A stretch of 64,000 nt of DNA. Source: Ginglymostoma cirratum. Taxonomy: Eukaryota. A program made the position numbers and the translations under genes. How positions within the stretch are numbered: the stretch's first letter is position 1; the number at the start of each line of letters is the position of its first letter. The notes beneath the pieces are model-generated. The model saw only the letters and a list, made by a program, of their open reading frames with translations. It ran no database searches and was not told where the DNA came from. Shown here piece after piece: positions 36,493 to 49,355 of the stretch. The stretch is taken from NCBI GenBank assembly GCA_024137785.1, contig JAHRHZ010000126.1, positions 274,719 through 338,718 of the forward strand. The letters run 5' to 3'.

Positions 36493-38367
36493 GAGAGCTA
36501 AGAAAAGCCAAGAGGGGACATGAGAAGTCTTTGGCAGGTAGGATCAAGGAAAATCCTAAAGCTTTCTATAGGTATGTCAGGAATAAAAGAATGACGAGAG
36601 TAAGATTAGGACCAGTCAAGGACAGTAGTGGAAAGTTGTGCGTGGAGTCCGAAGAAATAGGAGAGGCGCTAAATGAGTATTTTTCATCAGTATTCACACA
36701 TGAAAAAGACAATGTTGACGAGGAGAATACTGAGATACAGGCTATTAGACTAGACGGGATTGAGGTTCACAAGGAGGTGGTGTTAGCAATCCTGGAAAGT
36801 CTGAGAATAGATAAGTCCCCTGGGCCAGATGGGATCTATCCTAGGATTCTCTGGGAAGCTAGGGAGGAGATTGCAGAGCCTTTGGTTTTGATCTTTTTGT
36901 CATCATTGTCTACAGGAATGGTGTCAGAAGACTGAAGGATAGCAAATGTTGTCCCCTTGTTCAAGAACGGGAGTAGAGACAACCCTGGTAATTATAGACC
37001 AGTGAGTCTTACTTCGGTTGTGGGTAAAGTGTTGGAAAGGATTATAAGAGAGAGGGAGAGGATTTATAATCATCTATAAAGGAATAATTTGATTAGGGAT
37101 AGTCAACACGGTTTTGTGAAGGGTAGGTCGTGCCTCACAAAGCTTATTGAGTTCTTAGAGAAGGTGACTAAACAGGTGGATGAGGGTAAAGCGGTTGATG
37201 TGGTGTATATGGATTTCAGTAAAGCATTTGATAAGGTTCCCCACGGTAGGCTATTGCAGAAAATGCGGAGGCATGGGATCAAGGGTGATTTAGTGGTTTG
37301 GATCAGAAATTGGCTAGCTGGAAGAAGACAGAGGGTGGTGGTTGATGGGAAATGTTCATCCTGGAGTTCAGTTACTAGTGGTGTACCACAAGGATCTGTT
37401 TTGGGGCCACTGCTGTTTGTCATTTTTACAAATGACCTGGATGAGGGCATGGAAGGATGGGTTAGTAAATTTGCGGATGACACTAAAGTCGGTGGAGTTG
37501 CTGATAGTGCGGAAGGATGTTGTAGGTTACAGAGGGACATAGATAAGCTGAAGAGCTGGGCTGAGAGGTGGCAAATGGAGTTGAATGCGGAAAAGTGTGA
37601 GGTGATTCACTTTGGAAGGAGTAACAGGAATACAGAGTACTGGGCTAATGGTAATATTCTTGGTAGTGTGGACGAGCAGAGAGATCTCTGTGTCCATGTG
37701 CATAGATCCCTGAAAGTTGCCACCCAGGTTGATAGGGTTGCTAAGAAGGCGTACAGTGTGTTAGGTTTTATTGGTAGAGGGATTGAGTTTCGGAGCCGTG
37801 AGGTCATGTTGCAGCTGTACAAAACTCTGGTGCGGCCACACTTGGAATATTGCGTACAGTTCTGGTCACCGCATTATGAGAAGGTTGTGGAAGCATTGGA
37901 AAGGGTGCAGAGGAGATTTACCAGGATGCTTCCTGGTATCGAGGGAAGGTCTTATGAGGAAAGGCTGAGGGACTTGAGGCTGTTTTCGTTAGAGAGAAGA
38001 AGGTCAAGAGGTGACTTAGTAGAGACATACAAGATGATCAGAGGATTAGATAGGGTGGACTGTGAGAGCCTTTTTCCTCGGATGGTGACGGCTAGCACGA
38101 GTGGACATAGCTTTAAATGGAGGGGTGATAGATATAGGACAGATGTCGGAGGTAGATTCTTTACTCAGAGAATAGTCAGGGCATGGAATGCCGTGCCTGC
38201 AGCAGTTGTAGACTTGCCAACTTTAAGGGCATTTAAATGTTCGTTGGATAAACATATAGATGATAATGGAATAGTGTAGGTTAGGTGGGCTTCAGATTGG
38301 TTTCACAGGTTGGCACAACATCAAGGGCCGAAGGGCCTGTACTGCGCTGTAATGTTCTATGTTCTAT
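36493..38367 (+). mobile_element. Young 5'-truncated CR1 (HER1-like) LINE, copy 2
   Basis: ORFs 36531-36935 and 37089-38279 in one frame; (GTTCTAT)2 tail 38354-38367; about 27 differences in 396 aa from copy 1 by hand count. Confidence 0.95.
36495..38279 (+). pseudogene. CR1 ORF2 reverse transcriptase, truncated, stops at 36933-36935 and 37077-37079
   Basis: MDFSKAFDKVPH, GVPQGSVLGP, KFADDTK; in-frame GAGAGG duplication near 37050-37062. Confidence 0.95.
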
Positions 38368-38539
38368 GAATGGAGGAGTATGGTAGAGTGTCATTTGTGA
38401 GTGATGTGAATGCTGACTGCCCACATTACTAACGACCTGTCCCGTTGCTTTTTTCAGCAGGTTTGACTGACAGATCTAGCCACTTGCAGGGGCTATCCTT
38501 GCTGTAAATGCATTGCAAACAGGCACAGAGACGGAGAAG

Positions 38540-38800
38540 CAGATGTGTCAGCAAGGCTAGGACCATGTGCAACCTATAATAGATGCTGAACAGCCTCCGC
38601 ACTGAGGCTGCAGGGTGGGCAGGAGATGCAGAAGGGCTGGACTCTATTGTTATCAATGCCATTTATTCCAGATGAGTGAAGTGCAAACCGAGGTTGACCT
38701 GGTACAGAACTATGCCAACTGGAGTGGGTCGTGTGACCTGAAGGAATGAGTAGCCGTCGTGGTGTGAGCTGCACGAGATCATTTTGTTGCAAGGAGTTAC
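38540..38800 (-). mobile_element. Possible old LINE C-terminal zinc-knuckle remnant
   Basis: FCISCPPCSLSAEAVQHLL resembles the CxxC...ExxxHLL motif of non-LTR ORF2. Confidence 0.3.
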
Positions 38801-40389
38801 TGGAGACCTTTGTAGAAAGTCTCAATCATCCCCCATGGATGTATTAACGTTGTTTCCAATACCATTTATGACAGATCACACCACTTCATCTTGTTTCCCC
38901 ATGACGTCAGTGCTGCAGGTCCAGGTAGTAGGCTCTGGCCACATAACTGGCTTCACCCTGTGCAGAGTGTGATAGAGCGTGCACATGTTGTGTTGAGAGG
39001 ACGTATAACATAGCTGAATTCATCAACATAAAAGAATTCCATTCTATCAACGTACATGTCACCTATGAACACTGGCACCACTTTTTAATAGGTTTGTGCC
39101 CAAATACTCTTGGAGCTACCATGATGCCTATGTCCTTGAGAACTCTCATTTAAAAGTAATTTGATGAAACTATATTCATACAATATGACGGTGCAACTTT
39201 CATATTTAAAAATCATACACTATAGTGTGTTTAAGAACACTGAATTAGAACGGAGGACCAAAAGGACTTAACGGAATAAAAAATGTAAATGCAGTTTAAA
39301 AAGTATAAATTGGAGGGAACAATTCCATTAATTGAAGTGGTTGGAGAGGTTCAATGAAGCTTATTGGCACAGATGTCTCTGAAAGAAGAAGAATTCATAC
39401 AGAAACGAAAATAATCACACAGTGCAGGAGCAAACAAAAAGATTTGACCATCAATTACTAGCTACAGATTCTCATCAGTGCACTCTGATTCCCACTGAAT
39501 AAGAAGTATCAAAGCAAGACAAAACTTGAATTACTACTGGGTAAAATCACGAAAATTTTCATTCTACTACTAATTACTCCAAATACAATATATATTTGCA
39601 TTAATTCATCGGTGAATCACAAGTGCAATTGTGAAATAAAGCTCTCATTAGCTTGCATATTTGTTTCTAACACAATATGGCTGCATTTAGTAATGGGCAT
39701 GATGGCCTTACAGTCGTATCTGTTACTGCAATTAATCTGTAGATTGAGTAGAGTTAGTCAAACACAATTGGATTAGGGAATGGATTTCCTAATGTCTAAA
39801 TATAAAGCTAAATATGCTGACTGGATAACACATGAATTAGCCTCTGGGATTTGGAGATGCGAGATTTTGTACGCAGCCTAGTGACACTCGAAGGTTTCCT
39901 CTCCTTACTGACTGCAACCATTTTCACAAAATGTTTGGCTGCAGTAGTTTACTGGCTATATTACTGCCTTTAGGGAAACAGAGGGTAGTGGCAGAGCAAC
40001 TCACTGAAATATCTTAAACTCCTGAACCACAATATTCATGAACTCCACATTGTTTATGGAGATGAAGGTGGAACAGTCTGAAGAACGAGGTTATAACAGA
40101 TGTTTGCAATGGTGAAGAGAAGCCCAGGTTGCTCGCATACTGACAATATCATCACATGCAACAGTCCAATACACCGCACCATTGGAGCATAACAAACTTG
40201 AAGACAGTCCCCTCATCTTTCAATTAGACACATTATAGCCTTCTGGATGCACAGTTTCAAAAAGTTCAAACCATGAACTCTGTGCCCTATTTTGTTTCCT
40301 TTTCTTACTCCAGTTTATATTTCTTAAAGCCAGCAGCACATCTGTTGAAGACAGGTGTTTTACTTCTGTGGGTGAAATCATCTACTCTG

Positions 40390-41080
40390 ACTGAATTAGG
40401 TGGGGGTGGTGGTGGTGTCAGACCTGAACTCCCGTCTGTCCTAGCCTTTGAAAGGTCGTAATTCTAGGCAGGACAGCCCATGGTCACAGTTTACACCTCA
40501 CTGCCAATTGAAGCCCTTAAGTGGCCAAGCAAGAGTAATTTGAGGGTCTTAGCCCACTGCTGCTGGGATTGCCCCAGGTCCAAATAGGACCATTAACATG
40601 CAGTGCGCAGGTCAATTGTGTGGGCCACTTTTCACCTTGGTAATGGGAGTTCCTTGATCAAAGGCAATGATCAATGGAGTGGACATCAGAACTTAGGAGT
40701 GTTTGTAATGAGGATCAATGTCCTAATCTTGCTTCTGACCTCCCTTTCCCCAGAACTCCCCCTCCCATATACTTATATGAAGCTTGGGTCCTCCAAAATC
40801 CTAGGATTCTGGAGTCTGTGGCTGGGTATCATTCGAGCAGCAACCACAGTCTACGCAGTGACTACACTGGGCATTGGAGCCAATCTGATCACCCATCAGC
40901 CCTCACTAGGCCAGACCTCTGCCCTCAGGGTCCTGATTCCAGGGATGGTCTGCAGTGACCTCGCCACTGCCTGACACAGCATGTAGTTTTGTTGACCTTT
41001 TAAAAGAAGGACGAGTGTGGGTTTCCCACCAGTTTTCCAGCTGACAGGCAAAAGCCCCAATACCACAAGAAGATTCAGCT
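40390..41080. mobile_element. Possible non-autonomous Harbinger-type element
   Basis: Ends AAGATTCAGC, similar to the reverse complement of GCTGAATTTT at 33750; internal TTAAGTGG motif shared with 33748-34440. Confidence 0.3.
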
Positions 41081-41253
41081 TTCAGTTCTTTTACAGCCCC
41101 ATTTCTATTCCCTTTTGCCCCACAGGAGTAAGTTTCTGATACTCAATCCTTTCTGTCTTTCACCAACAGAGCTTTATGCGGTCCAGCCAGATCCAGCAAT
41201 GAATGACTAAACCACTCATCCTCCATATCTATTCAAGATTGCATCCTTCCAGA

Positions 41254-41601
41254 AATCATAAAAATCACAGAATCACTATAGTGTGGATACAGGCCATTCA
41301 GTCGATCAAGTCCACACTGACCCTCCAAAGAGCGACCCAATCCATTCTCACCACCAGTCCCGCCACAACCCGTCCCCCAACCCTAACCCCATAACCTTGC
41401 TTTACCATGGCTAATCCACCTAGCCTGCGCCCATTCCTGGACACTAATCATTTTACCATGGCCAATTCACGTAACTTGTACATCTTTGCACTGTGGGAGG
41501 AAACTGGAGCACTCGGAGGAAAACCACACAGTCACAGGGAGAATGTGCAAACTCCACACAGACAGTCGCCGGAGTTCCTGGTGCTGAGCCACCATGCCGT
41601 C
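41254..41601 (-). mobile_element. HE1-type SINE, diverged
   Basis: CTGTGGGAGGAAACTGGAGCACTCGGAGGAAAACCAC...GAATGTGCAAACTCCACACAGACAGTCGCC V domain. Confidence 0.85.
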
Positions 41602-42399
41602 CCTGAGTTAAGAGACTGGAGATGAGGGCCTTAAAGTTCGAAAAAAAAAACAGGGTGAGAAAAGACAGGATTAGTTATAATATAGTCGATTGTATCAAAG
41701 GCCTTTGGGAGAGCGTGATTGAGAAGATCAGTGGCTGAGTAAACATCGACCTGCATTGGAAAGCAGAGGCAAAAGGGAATTTAAAAGTGCGTGTTTAAGT
41801 GATTTGAATCCATTATTTCCACGGGCTATAGTGAAATAATTGAATCGAGGGATACTGATGGAGAGTAATAGCTCAGAAATGGCTTTTTGTCTGATTTGAT
41901 TGGGCACAGCAGCAAATGTAAGATGAAAAGGTCATGAGGGCAGCCAAGAAATGGGTCTTCATCGTTTTGGGTTCTTTGCCTTAAGGCAGGTCCAAGCGAT
42001 AGTATCATGACCTTCACCACCTCCAAGGCACTGGTTCTGAATCCAATCGAACTGGAACAGGAATTGAAGCCTGTGCTGTTGGCACCAAACTTGGTGTCCA
42101 GCCAACTGTTGCCCCAAAACTACTCCCTTCTCCACCAACCTAAGGAGTCCGAGTTGCTTTGGCAACATGCCTGTATCAAGTTGTAGCCTACAGCTATGAA
42201 TAGTTATGGCTCAGGCTCCAATTGCCTTTCTATGACAATTGATCAGGAACATCTATCACACTTACCACCTACCATTAGCCTATGTTGTAAGGATTTACAA
42301 CTGATGATCAAACATTTCAGCTGTAATATGAACACTCCTTCCCTGGCCATCAAGTCCTGGAATATAGGGAACTGGGAACTTTGAGCAGGAATAGATCAC

Positions 42400-43410
42400 G
42401 CAACTAGATCATGGAAACAGGAGAAGGCCACTCAGCAGCCCTTCGAGCCTGCTCCATCATTCATTATAACCATGGCTCATCCTCCATCTCAATGCCATTT
42501 TCCTTCACCACCCCTATTTTCCTTGAAATCTTTAATAAACGAATATGTATCAATCAGTGTGGAGTATATTTAATGGCAACTTACGTAGTCTTCTAGGGTA
42601 GAGATTCACCATCCTCCAAGAAGAAATTTCTCCTTGTCTCAGTTTCACATGGCCTACTTGTTCTGAACAGTTATCCAGGGCCTTGGTGGGACCACACCTG
42701 GAATACTGTGTGCAGTCTTGGTCTCCTTCCCTAAGGAAAGGATATATTTGCCAGACAGTGGATGCAGCAGAGGTTCAGTAGGCTGACACCAGGGATGGCA
42801 GGACTGTCCAATGAAGATTGGTTCAACTGGGCCTTCTGAAGAAGGAAGGGTCTAGGCCCCAAACATCAGCCTTCCTGCTCCTCTGATGCTGCTTGGCCTG
42901 CTATGTTCATCCAGTTCTACACCTGGTTATCTCAGATTCTCCAGCATCTGCAGTTCCTACTATCTCTGTATTCACTACAGTTTGGAAGGTTGAGAGCAGA
43001 TCTGATTGAAATACATAAAATTCTAAACAGGGCCAGGCAGAATAGATGCAGGAGGAGGTTTTCCCGAGTAGGGAAGTTTAAAATCAGGATGGTCTTAGGA
43101 TTTGGGATAGACCATTTAGAACGGAGATTTTCTTTTAATTCATTCAGGGGGTGAGGGTGTCACTGACTAGGCCAGCATTTATTGCCCATCCCTAATGAGG
43201 AAACTATGTTCACTTAATGGGTAGTAACCCTGTGAAATTCTCTTATCACAGAAGGTTAAGAACCAAGTTACTGAACAGTTTCAAGAAAGATCTAGACTTT
43301 AATATTTTAAAGGCATCAAGCATCAAGTAAGTAGAAATATGATAAAATCATTGGGCATGGGTTCAAAGAGCTGAATGGCCTACTCCTGGTCCTAGTTTCC
43401 ATGTTTCTAA
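42400..43410. mobile_element. Nested old CR1 fragments (minus 42400-42660, plus 42670-43410)
   Basis: GCCTTGGTGGGACCACACCTGGAATACTGTGTGCAGTCTTGGTCTCC encodes LVGPHLEYCVQSWSP. Confidence 0.75.
42835..42966 (+). mobile_element. ~130-bp Penelope terminal-repeat unit inserted in a CR1
   Basis: Same span as 1991-2114; interrupts CR1 sequence CAACTGGGCCT|GTATTCACT; hammerhead core damaged (CAAAC for GAAAC). Confidence 0.8.
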
Positions 43411-45464
43411 TCTGACAGAAGCAATAAGAAATCAGTAATAACACTAAAGCTGTGATATTTTACTTTAATATCGAATCATTATCAGAAGGTCATCTGACTT
43501 TTTAAATCAGATACACAAGTGAGCTTTTAAAGTCACGGTGAATGATTGAAAGGATCATCAAAATACAGAATACATCTTTCGACGTTGATCTGACCCAAAC
43601 CTCAACTGTCATTATAATTCCATTTTTTTTTAGTGTGCAAAGCCAGTTAAATATTAAAATGAGGTATTCCACTTCTAAATATACTTCTTGTATTCCTTTC
43701 AGTCTTTGTCTACAACAAAATTCATTTTAAAGCACCATTTAGACGTAGTTCCAGGTATGCCTGTAGGTGGTGCTATAATAGGGGCTCCTACTGTAATTAA
43801 ATGTTCTGCCAGTTCTTTGTTTCTGAATTAATGTTACATGACTGACTCCCACGCACTAAGTGTAATTTAATCTAATGCTGTGCCTGTGACAAAGGAGCAG
43901 ATGCAGTAATTGCCAAAGAAAATGAAACATCCAAACTATTTCTTGTGCCCCCTGGGAAGAGTACTCAGATGCCTTTTTCCAGTATAACACTGTTAATGAT
44001 TACCCATCAAGCTTTCCCTTAAGGCCTGTGCTACATCCCTTCACAAATCCCTTTCATTGTCTCCTTCCTTTAACATACTGAATTACTCCTCTGTACCGAC
44101 GTGCACCTCTCAGCTTTTCCACACCTTTCCTATTAAAAGATGTTGGTTGGTTAAGGTTTCATCTTACCTAGACCTGCAAACCTCCCAGATCAGAACATAA
44201 CAGGATTTTACTCCCGGGCTGTCAGTACCCTTCTGTCACAATTCATCCAAATGCAAACTGGCTTATATCATTTGGAATTAAGACAAATCCCTGCACCATA
44301 GCAATCTACTTTCTTTTTGGACAGTTATCAACTTTGAACGATTGCTAATAAATTGCGTTTGCTTCTCATTGGACCTGTGTTGTCTGAAGTGGTCTCGAGT
44401 TACTCTCTAAGTCTCCTGTCCAGTGTCCACTCGTTGCTACTTTCCTTCTAATTTGCCACTTCACACTTTAATTTTCATCTGAACAGATCTTAGCATCTCA
44501 TTAGCCCTGCTCCCATTGTGTCTGTGGTCCCCTTCCATCTCACACCCATGACCGACAGCCTTCGCTCATCCCAAAGCAGGCCATCAATGCAGCAAAGGGT
44601 GGGGTCATGCGCAGGGGCTCTCTGTCAGATGTTCAGTTTCACAGTCTTAGTGAGATGCAGTATAATCTCAGCAGAACACAGGCTTTATCACTGAAGTTTC
44701 AGAGATGCACACCGCTATTCCATTGGAAGTAAATATTTTTGACAGGTTGAAAAATTAAAAATTATTGATTTTACTGCAGGCAGATTATTAGTTAGCAATG
44801 TTGTTTCCAAACGACAAATTCGGATTGGTAGCCCCATTTTGATCAGAATGTTATTCTCAAACACAAGTTGCTTGCACCATGCAGATATCTTATGCTTAGA
44901 GGAAATTAGACAGAATTAAAAGGCATGCGCAGGTTTCATCTTCTCATTAAATTTTACCTGAAATTTTTTTTTTTTTGAACAGACAAATTTTTCTCCTATT
45001 GCCCTAGATCTACCCTCTCAGGTTGGCGAATTTGAGATCTGGAGAGATCATGTTGAATGTACATCCAAAGACACTGAGTGAGACCCACTCACTCCCTATT
45101 GAAAGGGAGAGGCCTGTTGTCCATGTCAGTTTCCTGAGCTGGTCTAATTTGAATGAACCTGGTAAGCTGCCAACACCAAGTGAATCCCTGATAAGCAGCT
45201 CACCATTAGGAGAAGGCCGTTGGCCGAGATCGCTGGTGCTTCATACTGGTGCATTTCAGAAGGAAAGTGTCTTATATCAGGACGGATAGCAGGTTGAAAG
45301 CATACGTAGCAGAAGGCAAAGTGTCAAATCCAAAGTGGATTGGAGCCCACAGCTCCTCCGAAAATGAGGTCTCAAAATATGCCTGCTACTCACATTATCC
45401 CAAGAAATGGGCAAAAAAAAAGGTTCTGACCAGGACTGCTGCTTGATACGACTCCCCTTCTTAT

Positions 45465-46625
45465 GAACATACATATGATCATATGAACTAGGACCAGAAG
45501 TAGGTCATGTGACACTCAAGCCTGCTCTGCCATTCAATCAGATCACGGCTGGTCCATGTGTGCTCCGAATTCCACATTCACATTTACCCAGTATAACCTT
45601 CGATTCCCTTGCCCAACAGGAATCTGTCTACCTTCACCTTAAAAAGATTCAGTAGCCTTGCTTTCACAGCCTTCGGAGGCAGACAGTTCCAAAGTCTCAC
45701 AATCCTTTGACAGAGAGAAAAAAAAAAATCCCCTCATCCCTGTCCTTAAAGAGCAACGACTAATTCTAAAGCTACACCTCTTAGACCTCCTCACTTGCCA
45801 CATCTACCGTGGCAAGATTGTTCAGTATCTTAGAAACTTAAAACAAACCACTTACTACTCTTTTAAACTGTAGTAGACAGCCCAGTCAGTCTAATCTTTC
45901 TTCTTAAGACAACTCATTCATTCCAAGTATCAATCTACTAAATCTCCCCTGAACTGCCTCCAATGCAAATATGCCTTCCCTGAAATAGGGAGACCAAAGT
46001 GGTGCACATTGATGAAAGTCGTATCTGAAACATTGTCCTGTGTGACTGGAGCATAACTTCCTTCTTGTATGTCCAATCCCTCTCATAATAAAGGGCAGCA
46101 TTCCATTAGTCTTCTTAGTCATTTGCTACACCTGCTTACTAATGTTTCGAAACTCGTGCACTAAAACACTCTCTGTACCATGGAATTCTGTAGTCATTCT
46201 CGGTTTCAGTAATTATTTTATTCTTCCTGCAAAGTGAACAATACCACTTTCCAATATTAAACCCCATCTGCCATATTTTTTCCCCACTCTTAACCAATCT
46301 ACATTGGCTGCATATTTGTTGTGGTGTCATCAACGTAACTTACCTGTATACCTATCTGAGTCACCTTTAAATCTAGCTGTCAGGCCTTTGTTCCCCTCTC
46401 ATAAGTCATTGATGTAAATTGGAATAAGTTGAGTGACCCGCACATATCCGTGTGCAACTCGTCACATTCTGCCAATTTGAAAATAAAAGACATATTTACA
46501 CCTACTCTTTGGCTGGCTTGCAGAAAACAATCTTCTATGTTAGTGTGCTACCCCCAATATTTTGCTGCTTTACACAATAACCTTTTACGTACCAACTTAT
46601 CAAATACCTTCTGGCAATTCAAGTG
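45465..46625 (-). mobile_element. Old CR1 3' fragment
   Basis: ORF 45904-46122 LWSPYFREGIFALEAVQGRFSRLILGM; KIWQMGFNIGK. Confidence 0.8.
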
Positions 46626-46983
46626 CATGGCTCTTTATTTCTTCAATGCCTACTTCGCAAATCCCTACATATCATTCTTGCTGGTTGTGCAGCCCTGATT
46701 GACCCTACTTGACCATCACTAATACCAATCCTCTACATTTCTAAGTCCCTTGGTTCTCCAAAAGTTAGGAGGGAATGCTCCACTGCATATATTTTCTGCT
46801 TGCAACCACAATTCTCTCCCTTACTTGATCAGACGTTTCTGTCTGTCATTAAGCACACTATAATCAATTTACTTCATTAAATAACATATTAACCAATTCC
46901 ACTCAACCAACAGGTGAACTTGACACCCAAGAAATGTATGAGACTGAAGCAGATTCTGTCAATATGCAGACATAAAGCAAAGA

Positions 46984-47405
46984 CTTACATTTATATTGCG
47001 CCTTTTAATAAGCAATTGATACAAAGATGCTTTACTGCCAATAATATTTTTAAAAGTGTACAAAATGTAATGAAGGAAACAAAGAAGCTAATTTTCAGTC
47101 AGCAAGCTGCTGTAAACAGCAATGTAATAAAAATCAGATTGTCCTTTTGTATTTTTGAGGATGAAATATTGCCCAGGACACTGGAGGCAACTCCTTTGCT
47201 CTTCTTCGAAAGGGTACCATGGAATCTTTTACACTCACCCAATGGGGTAGACAGGGCTTCTGTTTTACATCTCATCCAAAGGACAGTGCCCCCGCGGTCC
47301 TGGCACATCAACCTTGATTGTTGTTCTTCAGTCTGGAGCAGGACTCTACCCACAACCTTCACACCTCAGACACAAGAGTGCTACCAACCCGGCCGCAGCT
47401 GGAAC
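46984..47405 (-). mobile_element. DeuSINE (SacSINE1-like)
   Basis: Minus strand GGATGAGATGTAAAACAGAAGCCCTGTCTACCC and TTCGAAGAAGAGCAAAGGAGTTGCCTCCAGTGTCCTGGGCAATATTT resemble the Deu domain; tRNA-like head near 47340-47400; GCGCAATATAAATGTAAGT tail. Confidence 0.75.
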
Positions 47406-47534
47406 TGATGCGGATCAACGGGAAATGGGTCTTTTCTCGTTCCTGGCAGAAAGGGGGACTCTTCAGGCTGGCACAACTGGATTTCCAATGTTTTCTAGTG
47501 CTTTCAGTCTCCTGGCAGAATCACAGCTCAAAAT

Positions 47535-47773
47535 TGTTGTAGCAATTGGAACAAGGTCAGCCTGGTATACCTCGCTGAACATGAGTTCCCCGATTGGACC
47601 AGGTTAGCAGCCACAATCAGGGAGCCCTAGCTGACAGATATCAACAGAGCGGCAGAGGTTCTGTTCACTCTAGGAGCCGGTTCTAAGCTAGAAGGGTCAA
47701 TTTCATGGACTATGCACGTGTAATAAAGGGTGACTCGGTGACAGGATACTGGCATTTGTGGAGCAATTTCACA
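47535..47773 (+). mobile_element. Solo LTR (probably Gypsy)
   Basis: TG...CA ends, inverted CCAAT-like pair (CCGATTGG / CAATCAGGG), TATA-like GATATCAA, AATAAA near 47722; no target duplication seen. Confidence 0.55.
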
Positions 47774-48954
47774 TCTGTGGAATTTTTTTTTTGTCTCTCT
47801 TATCCCATGTCTACCCCTAGTCTGTTTCTCAGCCTCTCCCTTACTGAGGTACAGTCAGTCAGTCTCTTTCCTTCACTGCAATTTGTTTTCTAGGTTTGTA
47901 GTACACAAACCTAGTAAAAATATACCATTAAAGGGAGTGTTCAATCAATCTCTGTCACTTACGCACACTTTGTCTTTTATCATTCTACGAGAAAGATTGA
48001 ATGTAAATGTTATACTTCAGCACCATCCTGTTTGCTTTCTCCATGCTATGAACCTAACTGCAGTGAGGTTAGACATCTAATTTGCCAAAATTTGAAGGAC
48101 ACAGACTGAATGAAGAAATTAATCTGCATCTGAAGCCTCACAATGCTGTCAATTTGGTGATCATCCTCTTTTCGAACCATAGGCCAATCATTCGTCGCTG
48201 TTGCAAAAACATATTAGCTTATCATTTCCTAATACATTATGACATATGAAGCCGTCAACAACATTTTTATTTTTATCTGTCAAAAGGTTCAGACACTAGA
48301 CTAAGCTTCCACTATGGCTCACGGCTCTTGGGAATGACAGTGCCTACCAAAATGGGCCCAACTCCATGAAATTAGTAGCCAGTCTAAAATGCCCTATTGA
48401 CTGGTAGTTGAGTAGGCGTGGGTGAAATTGCTGTGTGTTGGAGCTTCCACTGCAATGTTATCCCACGGCCAGAAAAATCCCACTCATCAGGAATGGGGTT
48501 TGGAATCCCAGAATTGGGTCCCCTTATCCTACCATTGTTATATCTGATCTACCTCTGTCATTATATAAAAAGAGAGGTTTGAAACTCCGGGCCTAGAAAT
48601 CTCATCTAATAAAGAAAACCTAGTGATTTTAAAAAAAACCCAAAATGCATGTTATGAGAGCTTAGAGATCAAAAAGACATAATCAGGGAACAATATTTAA
48701 CTAGAAAAATAGCAATTATTGTGTCACAGAGTGTTATACCTTCAATAATGAGAATTCCCATAATCAGCAATTTTGATTTTTTGTTTTGATTTGATTTATT
48801 ATTGTCACATACACTGAGATATGATGAAAAGTATTGTCTTGCGTGCGAAAAAGAAAGTTATGCAGAAAGTGCAAAGAGAGTTATGTTCTGCTCCAATCTT
48901 GACTTTATTTTAATGGAGTCATTGGGTGGCAATTAGTGAATATTGCTGAAAAAA

Positions 48955-49355
48955 AAAACTGTGTCAAAGCTTTTCATCTTAAGCCCTTCAGGGAAACTCA
49001 CAATAATTCCAATCTAAGGGAAAAGCAAACATTTATTCTGCATGAGAGGAGAGTGCTGATTGTTTGACAAGTAAACTCTGACAGGTACAGGCATCGCCAT
49101 GGAGAATATACCCATTAATGCTAATTGACAGTTCACAGTCAGGTTTTGCTTAAATTTTAAACCAGGCAGGTTAACTCCGTTGGTCAAGGCACCACCCTAA
49201 GGAATGTATCAGCAAATAGCTATCACTCATTTTATTGAGTTGAAATATGCACCTGCATTTACGTATTCTCTCTGTCAGCAAAGAACTCGGCCCTGTGCAT
49301 TTATATTTGTAGCAAGCACATCACACCATGAGCCCAAGTGACAACATTAAATTTA
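48955..49355 (-). mobile_element. Old repeat with a degenerate hammerhead-like end (possible third Penelope-related family)
   Basis: Minus CTGAAGG-GCTTAAGAT-GAAA-AGCT-TT at ~48965-48991, palindromic AAGCTT after GAA. Confidence 0.3.

Noticed and set aside
36485-38380. GAGTA on both sides of CR1 copy 2 as a target duplication
   Set aside because: Only 5 bp and not adjacent to the element's 3' end
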